From NCBI GenBank assembly GCA_963575745.1, contig CAUYUJ010000004.1, positions 434,001 through 498,000 of the forward strand: a stretch of 64,000 nucleotides of DNA, written 5' to 3'. This DNA comes from Prorocentrum cordatum. Its lineage: Eukaryota. The position numbers were made by a program, and so were the translations under genes. Shown here in pieces: positions 24,769 to 37,320 of the stretch (positions are counted from its first letter, which is position 1; each line of letters begins with the position of its first letter). The notes under the pieces were generated by a model, which saw nothing but the letters and a program-made list of their open reading frames with translations, was not told where the DNA came from and did not search any database.

Positions 24769-26214
24769 AGCTGGCGCGAGCGGGTTGCCACCGACCTCGA
24801 GAAGTGCTCATCCATGACAAAGGCGGCCTGGCAGCTCGCGAACGCAGGCCTCGGGGGCGGGGGGCGGCTCGCGACGGGGGCCAGGCAGACGCGCGAGGAT
24901 GGATGGGGTGGGAATCGGGAAGCGGAGGGGAGGGGGGGCAAAGGGCGAAGGGCGAGGGGGGGACATGGGGCGCGGGGCATGGGATGGGTAGCAGGCGAAG
25001 GATGCGGCGGCGGAGCCGGCCTTGGCTTGTTGCCTCAACCAGCTGCTGCTGCTGCTGTTGTGGGTTTGTCCTTTCTTGGCATTCCTGCTCTATTGTCTCT
25101 CTGTGTCTTGTGCACAGGCCTCGTGCTCTCTTTCCGATAGCTCGCCCTGCGGCCCCCCTCTTCCGTCGCCTGGCCCTCGTCGCGCCCGCCCCCGGCCCCC
25201 CCCCCCGCGGCCCTCTCCCCCGGCCCCCCCGCCGCGCCGTCGCCAGCCCCCCCTGCCGCGAGCAGGGGCATTTTGCCGGCGCGCCCGCGGGCGCGAAGGA
25301 TCACCCGAGCATATTATTGAGGAGCCGGAGGCCGCTCGAGGAGGTCTCGAACGCATTCTTGTTCTGCCGGGTCGCTATGGCCGATCCAGCGTCTCGCCGT
25401 GACCCCCGCGACTTCGGCGCAAGAAAGGGCCCCTTCGAGCGGTCGTCTTCCTTGGGCGCCGTCGCCGACGTGGATGGGCACATTGCCGCGCTGATGAGGG
25501 GCCCCTTGAACGAGTTGCTGGCGCTGCGGGTAGAGCCCATGAAGCTTTTCAACAAGACTACGGTCGCCAGCTGCAACGCGACGCCGCGTGGAGAATCGAT
25601 CCCAGAATCGTTTGAGCACGCCGATGTTTACCAACGAGGAGGTCAAATCATCGCATGCATTTCTCGGGAATTCGGCACGCGACCGCCGGCGGGACATGGG
25701 GGGCCCAAAATGCCAAGGCCAAGATTGAGGACGGCGCTGCCAGCGCCCCCTGGACGGGCAAAGTCTCGACCGCTGCCTTTTGAGGCGCATGCCCAGCACC
25801 TCTCCAAGGAGAGCCAGGGCTCTCATTGCGATGTGCCCGCCGAGCAAAGTCATTGATGACCCGAAGCTCCTCTCGGACAAGTCCATGCAGACCAGGGTCG
25901 TCGGCAGTCCTGATCGTCGCAATGCAACCCCTCGGCGCAGAGCGTCGCGGGTTTGGTCCGGCGCTTGCGGCAGGCTCAGCAGATTGGCATCTCGTTCACT
26001 TAGGACTTGAAGCAGGCCTCCAAGGGCTTTTTTGGTAGGAGAGCTCTCGGGAAGAAGCGCATCATGGCCGACTGGGCGCTGGGCAGCATGCTGAATGACA
26101 TAGCGGCAGCCTTCGTCCGAGATGAAGTCATAGGCCATGCGGATCGAGACGGTCGTCCAGCGGATGGCGGCAGATCTCCCCCAGCATGTGATCGACCTCT
26201 TGATGCAGGGGCTC

Positions 26215-26555
26215 CCGAGGCAGCCGAGCCCACGGCGGGCGGGCCCGAGGCTGCCCCCCGGGCCGCTCGAGGCTTGCGCCGGGCGAGCCTGCGGATTCCC
26301 CCGAGGCTGCCGTTTCCAAGGCCAGGCGGGCAGGTCCGAGGCTGCTCCTCAGGCTGTTCGAGGCTCGCGCCTGGCGAGCCTGCGCTCTGGCCCCGAGGCC
26401 GCCGGCAGTTTCGAGGCCAGGCGGGCGGGCCCGCGGCTGCCCCCCAGGCCGCTCGAGGCCTGCGCCGGGCGAGCCTACGGATTCCCCCGTGGCTGCCGGT
26501 TCCAAGGAGGTCCATGGCTGTTCCTCGGGCTGCTCCTCAGGCAGCTCGAGGCTTT
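26215..26555. repeat. ~93-bp GC-rich tandem repeat, ~3.5 copies
   Basis: ggcgggcrggyccgmggctgc recurs at ~26234, 26325 and 26420. Confidence 0.75.
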
Positions 26556-27224
26556 TTGAGCTTTGAGCGCCCCGCAGTCGGCGGTGGGCCCTTCAACTTC
26601 TCGGGCCGATGTAGGCCGTTCGATTTTTGAGGCCCCCCGTCGGCGGCGGGCGACAGCGGGGGGGGCGAGGGGGCGGGGGCAGGGCAATCGCGGATATAAG
26701 AGAGAAACAGAGGGAGATAGAGACAAAGAGAGAGAGAGAGAGAACTAAAGAAATAATGAAATAACAACAACAACAACAACAACAAAAGCACATGCCATAC
26801 CATTGAGACATTGACATGTAAACGCCAGTACAGTTTGTTACTTCACAAGGTGACCATCTACAATATCAAGCACCTAGCACAGTCCATAACATTACTATCC
26901 GTATACAGCGAGGGAGACGAGAGGGGTGGAGAGGCGACATATAGAACATTACTGGGTGGGTACGGTGATGTGGCACATGGGCACTGGGGCCCTCCCACGC
27001 CCGCGCCGCAGCGCGCGCGGAAGCGGGGCGTTGGAATTGGGGTGATTTCCGCGCCGGGGCCACGCCGCTGTCTCGCGAGGCCGCAGGTTGTCGCATTATT
27101 AGCAAGCATTCAGCATGCATCGCGTTCGGATGGAAAAAACATGATCGACCCACGAACCCGGAAAGGAATATAGGAATGTAAGGCATGGCAACGTTTCAAA
27201 GACACTTGAGTGGGCGACGGGCAA

Positions 27225-28112
27225 CTGCAGTGCTGAATGTACAGATCTTGATGTACTGTGCCGAGGGCTGTGCTGTGCTGGCCGTGCTAAACTGCGATGT
27301 GCCATGCCGCGATTGTGCTCTTTATATATAGCGTTGTGGATCGAGTCCTCCCTGGCATCCGAGTCCTGACCGAACTGATCTGGATCTTAAGCTCGAGCTG
27401 CCTGAGCAGATGGTAGCTGCCCCAGAACTAATCAACAGAGCGGACATGCCAGGAGGACGCGCCGCGGAACGTCCCAAGGGACGCGCCAGGCGGCGTGCCA
27501 GGTGACGTGCCGTGTGCACGCACCGCGGGACGTGCCAAGGGGACGCGCTACGGAACGTGCCAATGGACGTGCCGCGGGACGTGCCAGGGGACGCGCCGCG
27601 CGACGTGCCAGGTGGACTCGCCAATGAACGCGCCAAAGAACGTGCCAGGATGCAATGTTGAATGTATCGATCTTGATGTACCGTGCCGACGGCTGCGCTG
27701 TGCTGGCCGTGCTGAACTGCGATGTGACATGCCGCGATTGTGCTCTATATAGCGTTGTGGATCGAGTCCTCTTTGCATCCGAGTCCTGCCCGAACTGCTC
27801 TGGATCTTAAGCTCGAGCTGCCTGAGCAGATGGTAGCTGCCCCAGAACTAATCGACAGGGGGGACATGCCAGGAGGACGCGCCGCGGAACGTCCCAAGGG
27901 ATGCGCCAGGCGACGTGCCAGGAGACGTGCCATGGGCACGCACCGCGGGACGTGCCACGGGGACGCGCTACGGAACGTGCCAATGGACGTGCACCGCGCG
28001 ACGTGCCAGGGGGACTCGCCACGGGACGCTCCGCGGAACGTGCCAGGCAACATGCCAAGCTGCAATGCTCAATGTATCGATATTGATGTACCGTGCCGAG
28101 GGCTGTGCTGTG
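27225..28112. repeat. ~421-bp tandem repeat (2 copies plus a partial) with internal gacgtgcca sub-repeats
   Basis: gcgttgtggatcgagtcctc at 27331 and 27752; a third partial start near 28060-28110. Confidence 0.9.
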
Positions 28113-28119
28113 CCTGGGC

Positions 28120-28540
28120 GACCTGGACACGTGAAAACACGCGTTTCGCTCAAGACGTTCTCAGCACATCCTCACGCTAGACATCCGCCTGGGCAACCTG
28201 GACACGTGCAAACAAGCGTCTCGATCGAGACTTCCTCGACACATCCTCATGCTAGACATCCGCCTGGGTGACCTGGACACGTGAAAACAAGCCTCTGGTT
28301 CGAAATCCTCAACAAATCCTCATGCTAGACATCTGTTTGGCAACCTGGAGGCGTGAAACCAAGCGTCTCGCTCGAGACATCCTCAAGACCTGGGCACGTG
28401 AAAACAAGCATTTCACTTGAGAGATCCTCCGAATTCAGGTCCCCAGGAGAGGACAATCTTTAACGCAAAACAAGCGTTTCGCTCGAGACATCCGCAACAA
28501 ATTCTGAAAAACAAGCGCTTCGCTAGGGACATCCTCAAAT
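28120..28540. repeat. ~70-bp degenerate tandem repeat (acctggacacgtgaaaacaagcgt...gagacatcctc)
   Basis: About 6 recognisable copies; possibly a subterminal array of a large TE. Confidence 0.8.
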
Positions 28541-31500
28541 TTTAATTCGCCGGTCCTACGCGACTTCGTACTTTATCGCAGAATAATTTCGCCGGCCCTA
28601 CAGCCGTCGAAACCGGGGGGAACCAACTAAAAGAGAACCCTGGGCTCGAGCCCTTTCCGGGAACAACACCATGAGGAAGGGCGGCCAGCGGGGCCCCCCG
28701 CGGGCGGGGGCGCCCACGAGGAAGGGAAAGGGCTCAGCATAGCAGGGGCTGCGATCGCCCGCCCTGTCCCTTCGCGCAGATCTCTGGAGAGGGGTGCCGC
28801 TTCCACATCTACTGATCTATTCCTACCCTTGCTTGTTTTCGTCACTCCCACCCCGCTCCCCATGCCCCATGCCCGCGTCGCGTGCAACGAGACGCCTTCG
28901 GGCGCCGACGGAGCCGCCCATGGCCCATGGGTCTATGGGGGGGGGTCCAGACCAGAGCAGGTCGCGATAGCTGGCGCTGCCCCTGTGGAAAATTCTTGGG
29001 TGTCGGGCAGGGGGCGTTCAACGTTCAAGGTCTTCGGCCCCTGCCCATTGGCCAGACTCCAGTATCTTGGGAAGAGCCTTGATATTGGCGTGTGTGCGTT
29101 TTCTGGGATGTCTTGGGCCTTGGTGTTGAGGGTGTTTGGGGTGTTTTGCTAGGGTGTCTTGGGTTTTGGGCTTTTGGGTGTCCGGCATGTTTTGGGTCTT
29201 GGGCGTCTGGGCAATTTCATCCTGCTCGTCTTGGTGCTGGGCGTCTCGTTTTTGTGCTGTTTTTGCGCATCTGTACCTTTTCCCTATGCCTGCGCCTACT
29301 CGGCATTCCGCCAGCCTCCCGACGCCCAGGGCCCGCGCCAACCCGCAATCCACCCGCGGGCCTCGCTTGCCCCACTATGAACTATGAACAATGCAAGCAT
29401 CTGCGCATGTCACCGCATGTCATACAACATTATGTTGCAGTGTGCTTTGCGTTGCGGTGGTCTACATTGCATCGCAATGCGTTGCCTTGAAATCAATGTA
29501 TTTGCCTTGGCTTGTATTGTTCTGCTGTAGAGGTTTTGACTTGCAAGCGCACAAGTGTATTTCAAAGGCGAATGTGTGTAAGTATGTGTGTCTCTGTAAT
29601 ATGTTACATAGGTGCGCCGCTAGACGTATGGTGCGATGTTAGATCACCAACGTTGGGCCATGATTTCAAGTCCGCGTCCACGGGACCACCTGTTGCGCGG
29701 GCGCCGTTTCGCGAGGAACGCGCGCTGGAGAACGTGTTTTTTTCATGCCAGGGCTTCCTGTCGGCGAAGTACACATGCCGGTCTTTCCCTGGGGACCGCT
29801 GACGGGCAAATGCGCGTTGGATCATCGCGTTTGACCTCAATGTCGATGTCCGCTTGTCGTTCCGTTCGTGTTTTTTTGCTGTCTTTTGGTCATGTCCGCC
29901 TGGGGCGGCGCTTTGTGAGCTTCGCGCGCGCCATTTCGAAGCGTTCGAGTTTTAGGTACTCTGGGTATGAATTATTGGAGTTCCAGGCATTCTTGGATTC
30001 CTGGGTACTTCAGGGAATTCGGCATTTCCGACATTGTTGGTATTCTTGTCCGGCCTTCGTCGCATGGACCTGTGGGACCGCACTGCTTAAACAGGGCCCC
30101 AAACATGGCCTCTGGGACCCGAAAAGTGCGCCCCCCCCCTCCCGCCCCAATTGTCGCCCCCCCCAGAAAGCGACGCCCAAGTTGGTGTAACTTTTTCCAC
30201 AACGAGGAGGAGGAGGAGGAGGAGGAGGAGGAGGAGGAGGCGGCCGCTGGCGCCTCTCCTCCCCAAGCAGCCTCCTGCGCTTGCTAGGCCGAGCGGGCCG
30301 AGATTGCGGCTGGCGTCGCCATCTGCCTCCGGCTCCAGCAGGCGGGGCCCGCGGCGTCTCCCGCTCCCGCCGCTGCTGCTTCTCGTGGCGCCTTGGGGGG
30401 AGGAGAAGGAAAGTGAGGGGAGGAGGAGGAGAAGGAGGAGGAGGAAAAGGAGGAGGAGGAGGAGGACGAGGAGGAGGAGGAGGAGGATCGTCGCGTGATA
30501 TCCGACCCCGAACCAAGCCTCCGGGTCGGTTTTGGAGCTCGCCGCGGCGATCGCGGCGGCCACAGATCGGGGCAGCTTCTTTTGTCAGTAGTGGCATGCC
30601 CCTTCCCACCCCAACCCCGCTCTGCGATGTAGACGTGGCTCACTATTTCCGATATAGCGATGGAGATTGCCAACGTCTGTCTAACAAGGTCAGTCATGCT
30701 TTTGTTTTCGTCAGGGGTCGAGTAGCACGCAACCAGAGGAGGAGGAGCAGGAGGAGCAGGAGGAGCAGGAGCAGGAGGATTGAGGATGATTCAGAAGGAG
30801 AAGGGGGAGGAGGTGGAGGAGGATGACCAGAGTAGAACCCAGGGTGCATGAGCGATGCTGCAATACGCTCTCTCTCTTCCCAAGTCCGCCCATCCAAGCA
30901 TTCTCTATTTAGCCCTTTCCTTGAAAGACGAGAACCCCGATGGGCATGTCATTCAACCGAGAGTCCTCTTTTCGAAAGGACCTGCCCTCCATGTTTCTAG
31001 CCATCGGAAGTGCACGCGCTGTCATCAGGCAGTTGAGTTGCTCCCAGCACACACACATATATATATATATGTATGTATATAGAGAGAGAGGGAAAAAAGA
31101 AAAGAAAGAAAGAGAGAGAGAGGTGCCCAGCGATAGCTCATGTTGGAAAGGATCTCCCTTTACCCGTGTAACTGTTGCAACTCGCTCTGCGGTTGGCGGC
31201 GCCTCGGTGCACCGCCAGGGCGCGGGGAAGTCGGGATCGAGAGCGCGTGGCGTTACGCACGGTGACGCAGCTGTGTCGCACTTTCGGGGGCGTCGTGACA
31301 TTGTCAGGATCTCGACACGCGTGTGCCGACTTGCGGAGCAGCCTCCAGCAATCCCCAGGGGCAGCCGCAAGCGTGTTAGGTGCGGATCCGCCCCACTAAG
31401 CCTCTGGGGCAGCGTGTTGGATGGATCTCTCAAGCTCCCCGCCGCCTCAAGCGGTGTGCGTTCAGAGCAGGAACGCAGCAGAGCCACAGGAAAGCGTGGC

Positions 31501-31747
31501 ATTGACAGTAGAGCTCCGCACGCGTGTCAAATGCTCTAGCGAGCAACCACATAGCCAAGCATCGAGGCGTTGACGGTGCAGCCTCAGCATCAACACAGTG
31601 TCTGGGGAGACACTGCAACATGTCGAGGAGCGTTGCTCCACCCCGATTGGTGTAGGCAGAGGACGCGTTGAGTACAAGAAGGGCAGTGCCACAACTGGCT
31701 TGGATTAGGGCGGTCTTTTAGTGAGTCAATTGAGTTTCCCCATTGTG

Positions 31748-31851
31748 GATGATGATGATGATGGTGATGATGATGATGATGATGATGGTGGTGGTCTGTC
31801 ATCACCATTGATGATGATGATGACGATGATGGCGGATGATGATGAAGATGG

Positions 31852-31889
<38 letters not shown>

Positions 31890-31963
31890 ATGAATATGAT
31901 GAAGAAGAAGATGATGATGATGATGGTGGTGGTGATGATGGTGATGATTATGATGATGACGAC

Positions 31964-32016
<53 letters not shown>

Positions 32017-32083
32017 CGACGATGGCGATGACGATGATGATGACGATGACGGTGGTTGATGATGATGATGATGATGCTGATGC

Positions 32084-32116
<33 letters not shown>

Positions 32117-32120
32117 CGAC
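31748..32120. repeat. (GAT)n microsatellite
   Basis: Directly visible. Confidence 0.97.
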
Positions 32121-32309
32121 GGGTGAGAAGTCCCTCTCTCTCCTCCGTAGCCGCGTCGGCTCGAGCGCCTCTTGGGGCTTGGGGCCAGCAGCGGCAATGT
32201 TTAGCGAGCCGAGCCCGACGCCGAGCGCGACGCCGAGGGCGACGCCCAGGTCCGAAGTCACGTCGGACACTGTGTCCGACGCGAAGTCGGACGCCGACGC
32301 CGACGACTC

Positions 32310-32645
32310 CGACCTGGGCCCCACGTTCCCATCATCCCGAGACAGGGGACGAAGTGTCCGACGTCTCCGACGCAGGCTCATGCTCCCATCATCCCGAAAC
32401 AGAGTACGAAGTGTACGACATCTCCAGCGCGGGCTCAGGTTCCCATCGTCCCGAAACAGAGCACGAATTGCCCGAAGTGTCCGACGCGGGCTCAGGTTCC
32501 CATCGTCCCGAGACAGAGTACCAAGTGTCCGACGTCTCCAGCGCGGGCCCAGGTTCCCATCGTGCCGAGACAGGGCACGAAGTGCCCGAAGTCTCCGACG
32601 CGGGCTTGGGTACCCATCATCCCGGGACAGTACCAAGTGTCCGAA
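32310..32645. repeat. 57-bp minisatellite, ~6 copies
   Basis: ttcccatcrtcccgaracag at 32326, 32383, 32440 and 32497 (period 57). Confidence 0.9.
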
Positions 32646-32946
32646 GACGCCCGCGGTTGTAACAGCAAAGACACGTGATCCGAAGGCTCGTCTTCCGAAA
32701 ACGACCGCGGCTCTACTAACAGCAAAAACTCGTCTTCCGAGTCGGCCGCGGCTGCAACATCGAAGGCCTCCCCGAGCAAAGCCGCTGAGACGTTCGACCC
32801 TGGTTCCATGGCATTGGCGGGGCGCGTCGCCGGCCGCAATTTCCCCATGCGCGTTTTGGCGTGCGGCGCTTGCCGCTTTTGGAAAACAGGTTTCAGTGCG
32901 GCGCCTCTTTCTCTGCGACGAATCCAGCAACGCAGAGAAATAAAAC

Positions 32947-35696
32947 TTGGGTAGGCGGCGCCAGTGGTGGATTTGCAATTCGTTTGTTCTGCGCGGCGTT
33001 GAAGGGCCCTCGGTGCCGCTCCGCCCTGGGCAAAGGCGTCGGGGACTTCCTCCGTCGCCAGAACCTCCCGCGCCACGCCGAGTGCGCGGATCACCAGGCA
33101 GCAGAAGCGGTGTGGAAAGAACGGGTCCGAGCGGAAGGCGCGCACCTGGGTCTTCCCGTCCGCTTCAGCGTTCCCCACAACGGCCGCAACAGCTGCAACG
33201 GCCGCGGCGCGAGCGCCCGTCGTCGCCCGCACCGCCGACCCGCGCCCTGGTTGCCGCGCAGCGGTCGCCGCCCGTGCAATATTGGAGACGTCCAGTTCCT
33301 TCAAAAATTTCGATGCGCGGCGGGGCGCGCTCCTCGGTGGCGGCCGCGCAGCTTTGGGGCCCCATGGGCAGCGCCGAAGGGCGGCGACCACGATGGCTCA
33401 GCACGAGAAGCTCGCGACAAGAGGATTTACAAAGATGGCGTTGTTTCTCGTCTGGCCGCGGGCGGTCTCGACCGCGCGCGCCAGGTCGAGATTGGCGCCG
33501 CATTGCGGCCTCTTCCAAAGGTTTTGAAATTTCTCCTAAGCTGCGGCATCCAGGCGCGCAGGCGGGGACAGCTGGGCCTCAAAGGGCCTTGGGTCGTGGA
33601 GCGGGTAATCGGGGCGCGGGGGCCTCGGCGGGCCATGGATTGCGCTGGCGAGGCGCCCATGCTGGAGGACTGCGCCCGTCGCGCGCGGCAGGCGGCAGGC
33701 GGGGGGCTGGGCGTGGACTTGCGCGGGAGTGCGCGAGAGGAGATGCGGGCATGCCGCAGCGATGGGGCGGACCTAAGTGCGCCCCTGGCTGCAACGGCCG
33801 CGTTCCCTCGGCCGTCGTTTCACGCTTGGGGCGAGGCGCATTCGGCCCAGAAGCTTCTAGCCAATTCGATGGAAGAAGATAGCGAAAGCGCGATGACGGA
33901 CCGTCTGCTGGCATCGGGCAAGAAGCCATCAAGTCTGGGCCAGTTTCTGATTGCGCCGACCGCGTTCCGCGCCGCAGTGGGAGCGCACCAGCTGGGCGAC
34001 GAGATCGCGTTCGCCAAAAACTTCGGCTGGACCCCCCAGCGTTTCAACAGTCGCGCGAGGCCCCTGGCGCGGGAAAGCCGACGTTCGAACGCCATGTTCA
34101 ATGCGATCGGAGCGGGGTCCCAGGGGGGCGACCGAGATCGCCACATCCTCGCCCGATCTTGCCTGCCTGGGCTCGGGGCGAGAACAGGTCGCGCCTGCTT
34201 CTTGGGGGCGCTGGCCGACGCGCGCGCGGAGCACCGCTCTTGGGCCGCCGCCAGAGACAAAAGCAACCCCGACGCTGCAGGCGTTCAGTCTAGGGCCGCC
34301 TCGTTCCTCTCAAGGCTCGACGCGATTTTGGGCATCCCCCGCAGCGCGGTCGTCGCCCTGAAGTTTTCCGCGGCCTACGTCGCGCCGCTCGCGCTGCGAC
34401 CGCGCCCGGGCCGCGGGCCTCGGCGATTGGAACGCGGAGCCCCGAGCCGGCGAAGCCGTCGAGGCCGCCCCTCGACGGTCGCGGGCAATTGTGGCCAACG
34501 CAAAGGAAAACGTGAAGCTGCATCGGCCGGAGCACTCTTGGTTGCGCGTTTTTGTTGCATTTCGCTTGCCCCCCCCCCCCCCCCGCGTCTGCCACGGGCG
34601 CGGGCGCAGCGGGGCCTGCGACAGAGGCCGGGGCCTGTTTGAGGCGCATCTGGCGGGAAGCAGCCCTTCCTGAGCAGCGGGCAATCGCCTGGCTGCGGCA
34701 ACCGTTGAAGCGCGCCGAGGTGCCTCGTCGAAACGGGGGCGCCGCGCGGCAGGCTTGGCCGCGCTGCGGCGGAGTGGCCTGAGTTCGTCAGCGGCCGTCG
34801 TCTTGCGGATCTCTTCCTAGTTTGGAAAACGAGCGCGGGCGGCGTGGAGAGGCGATTCCGCCGTCTCTCTGAGGCGCATTGCCCCGATAGGGCTAAATTG
34901 TTGGACGTTTCCGTTGAGGAATGCACGCGCGCGTGCCAGGCGCCCCCCGGCAAGTTGCCGCGCGCGTGGTCGGGCCAGCAGGGGCGGGGCGAGCCCGCCG
35001 GGCGCAGGCGCAGGCATGTGCCCCAGCTACATGCTTGCTCCCAAGGGCAGGTCGGAGCGACGAGGAGGGCCGAGAGGCGCGACGAGGGAATCGCAAGGGA
35101 GCCTCGGCCAGGACACCGGTCACAGGTAGGCTTCGGCCGCGAGCGAGCAGCTGCCGTCGACGCCATGGCGGTCGCTTTCCCGAGCAAGCGCCCTCGCCTC
35201 CTCACGGAGGCCGCCCCCGATCTCGCCGCGGCGGCGCAGGGGGCGGCCCGGGCGAGCGTCGCAGATCCAGTCCGCGCGGCTGCAACAGTCGTCGCCTCTG
35301 TTGCCGCGCGGGAGGCCAGGGCGCGAGAACGCTATCTTGGAGGGGCGAAGGGCCAGGATTGCGCGGGAAGAGAAAGTTTCGCGCAGTGCCGCGCTTGGCC
35401 CTGCGGGGCGCGACGCTTGCCTGGCCCCCGCGCGCCCCCCTGGCCTCGCGCTAGTTCGCGCGGGAAAGGCGGAAGCCAGCCGCGAGGCGCAGCTTTTGCA
35501 ATCCCAGTTGGTTCGCGACCCAGCCGAGTTCCCGTCCCGCCTGGCCAGGCAGGACAGCGACGCAGCGCGGAAGAAGGGGGGCGTAATCTGGGCTGCAACA
35601 GCCGACGCAGACTACGCCATCGCCGCGCAGATTGAAGCAGCGTTCGCGGAGGCTTTCTACGCAACGCCCACTGATTTCGCACGGCGCGCGGCATGA
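32947..35696 (+). pseudogene. hAT-like DDE transposase, decayed
   Basis: N-terminal TTF-type zinc-finger remnant (W...C...LPRHAECADH). Then SDGAD, WGEAHSA (CxxH position), PQRFNS (RWxS position) and a C-terminal dimerisation motif WKTSAGGVERRFRRLSE...RAKLLDVSVE (~34820-34920). Several frameshifts. Confidence 0.7.
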
Positions 35697-36199
35697 CTCT
35701 CCACGAGGTGCCCGGTACACCTAGAAGCTTCAGAGCTCGAACCACCGCTACCACGCGGCTGTAACAGCGGCTTTCCAGGCAGACCCTACACTGCACCACA
35801 TTTTGCGAGCCCTTGCCAGGGGCCGAGTGGGTGTGTGATCTGTTTTTCTGCAGCCTAAGAAGCCATGCGAGTTTGTCCAGGAGCACGCCGAAGGCGCGCC
35901 CCAACTTGCGCAGCGGGCTCGCGTGCTGTGCCGCTCAGGAGAAGAAGCTGATGTCGACGAAGGCCTCAACCAGCTCTTCAACAGCCCGAATAATTGGGCC
36001 ATGCGTTTCGACGCGTCCGTTGAAGCACTGCGCCCTGGCAGCCTGGCGCTGAGGCTGCAGCGGCGTAAAGGTGGGGGGCGGGCGGCGGTGCCCGTCGCGT
36101 AAGATTCAATCGCGCCATGTCTGCTGAGGAAAGGACCGCCGCTCGTTGTTCGACCCTGTTTCCTCTTCCAGACCCCGCCCCTCGGATGGGGCGCGTTGC

Positions 36200-36950
36200 C
36201 CGAACCAAACGGGCCTTTCCAATCCAAACCTTGGTAAGGGCGTCCCAGGGCTTGGTTTGGGTAGACCTGGTTGGTTTGGGAAGGCCCGGTCGGCCTGTGA
36301 AGACGCGGGGGCTTGGTTTGGGATAGCCTAGAGATTGGTTTGGGATGGCCCGTTTGGCTTGGGAAGATTCGGATGGCTTGAGGGGGCCTGGGGCTTCGGC
36401 TTGGAAGGGCCCGGTTGGTTCGGGAAGACCCCGTTGGTTTGGGCAGACCCGGCATGTTTGGGAAAACCGGGCCGGTTGGTTTGGGGGGACCCGGTTGGTT
36501 TGGGAAGACCCGCGCGGTTTGGGGAGACTTGGGGGCGCGGTTTGGGAAGACTAAGGCCCGTTTGGTTTGCGATGGCCCGGTTGGTCCGGAAAGGCCCGGG
36601 GTCGCGGTCTGGGGGGACTTCGTTGGTTTGGGAAGACCCGGCCAGTTTGGGCAGACCCCGGGGCGCGGTTTGGGCAGACCCAGTTGTCTTGGGAAGATCC
36701 GCCTGGTCTGGGATGACCCGGTTGGTTCGGGCTGACCCGGGGCTGCGGTTTGGGAAGACCCAGTCGTTTTGGGGGGGGGGCCCAGTTAATTTGGAAAGAC
36801 CTGGGGGCGAAGCTTGGGAAGACCAGGTTGGTTTGGGGAGACCCGCTTGGTTTGGGGTGACCAGGTTGCTTTGGGAAGGCCCGGGGCTGTGGCTTCTGGA
36901 AACTTGGTTGGTTTGGGAATGGCCGGGTTGTTTTGGGGCGACCACTTGGA
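36200..36950. repeat. Degenerate ~18-bp tandem repeat (ggttggtttgggaagaccc)
   Basis: Directly visible. Confidence 0.85.
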
Positions 36951-37169
36951 TGGCCGCGGCGGCTGCTAGGTGGTTAGCGCGGATACTAAGGGGTTAGAGG
37001 ATTTAGTATGTACGTACAAGTGAGTTGTAAGTAGGTTATAAGTGTTGTAAGTCGGATGTAAGTTGTATAACCAGCTACAACTGGTTAGTAGGAGATACTA
37101 ACCACTTATAGCTGGAGGCTAACCTTGCTAAGTCTCTAGTAGAGGTTAGCTCGCTAAGTCCCCTCTCTA

Positions 37170-37320
37170 GCTACCACTTGCTAACCACTTAGTAACCACT
37201 TAACTGCCACTTAGTAACCACCCAGTAACCACTTACTAACCACTTAGTAACCACATAGTAAGTCCGCTAGCTAGCTTACTTACTAAGTGGTTAGCGGACT
37301 TACTAAGTGGTTAGCGGACT
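37170..37320. repeat. 11-bp taaccacttag array followed by inverted copies
   Basis: taaccacttag repeats, then cttactaagtggttagcgga twice. Confidence 0.8.

Noticed and set aside
31590..32978. 462-aa minus-strand ORF with 19-aa repeats and poly-His
   Set aside because: Explained by the 57-bp minisatellite and (GAT)n; no independent coding evidence.
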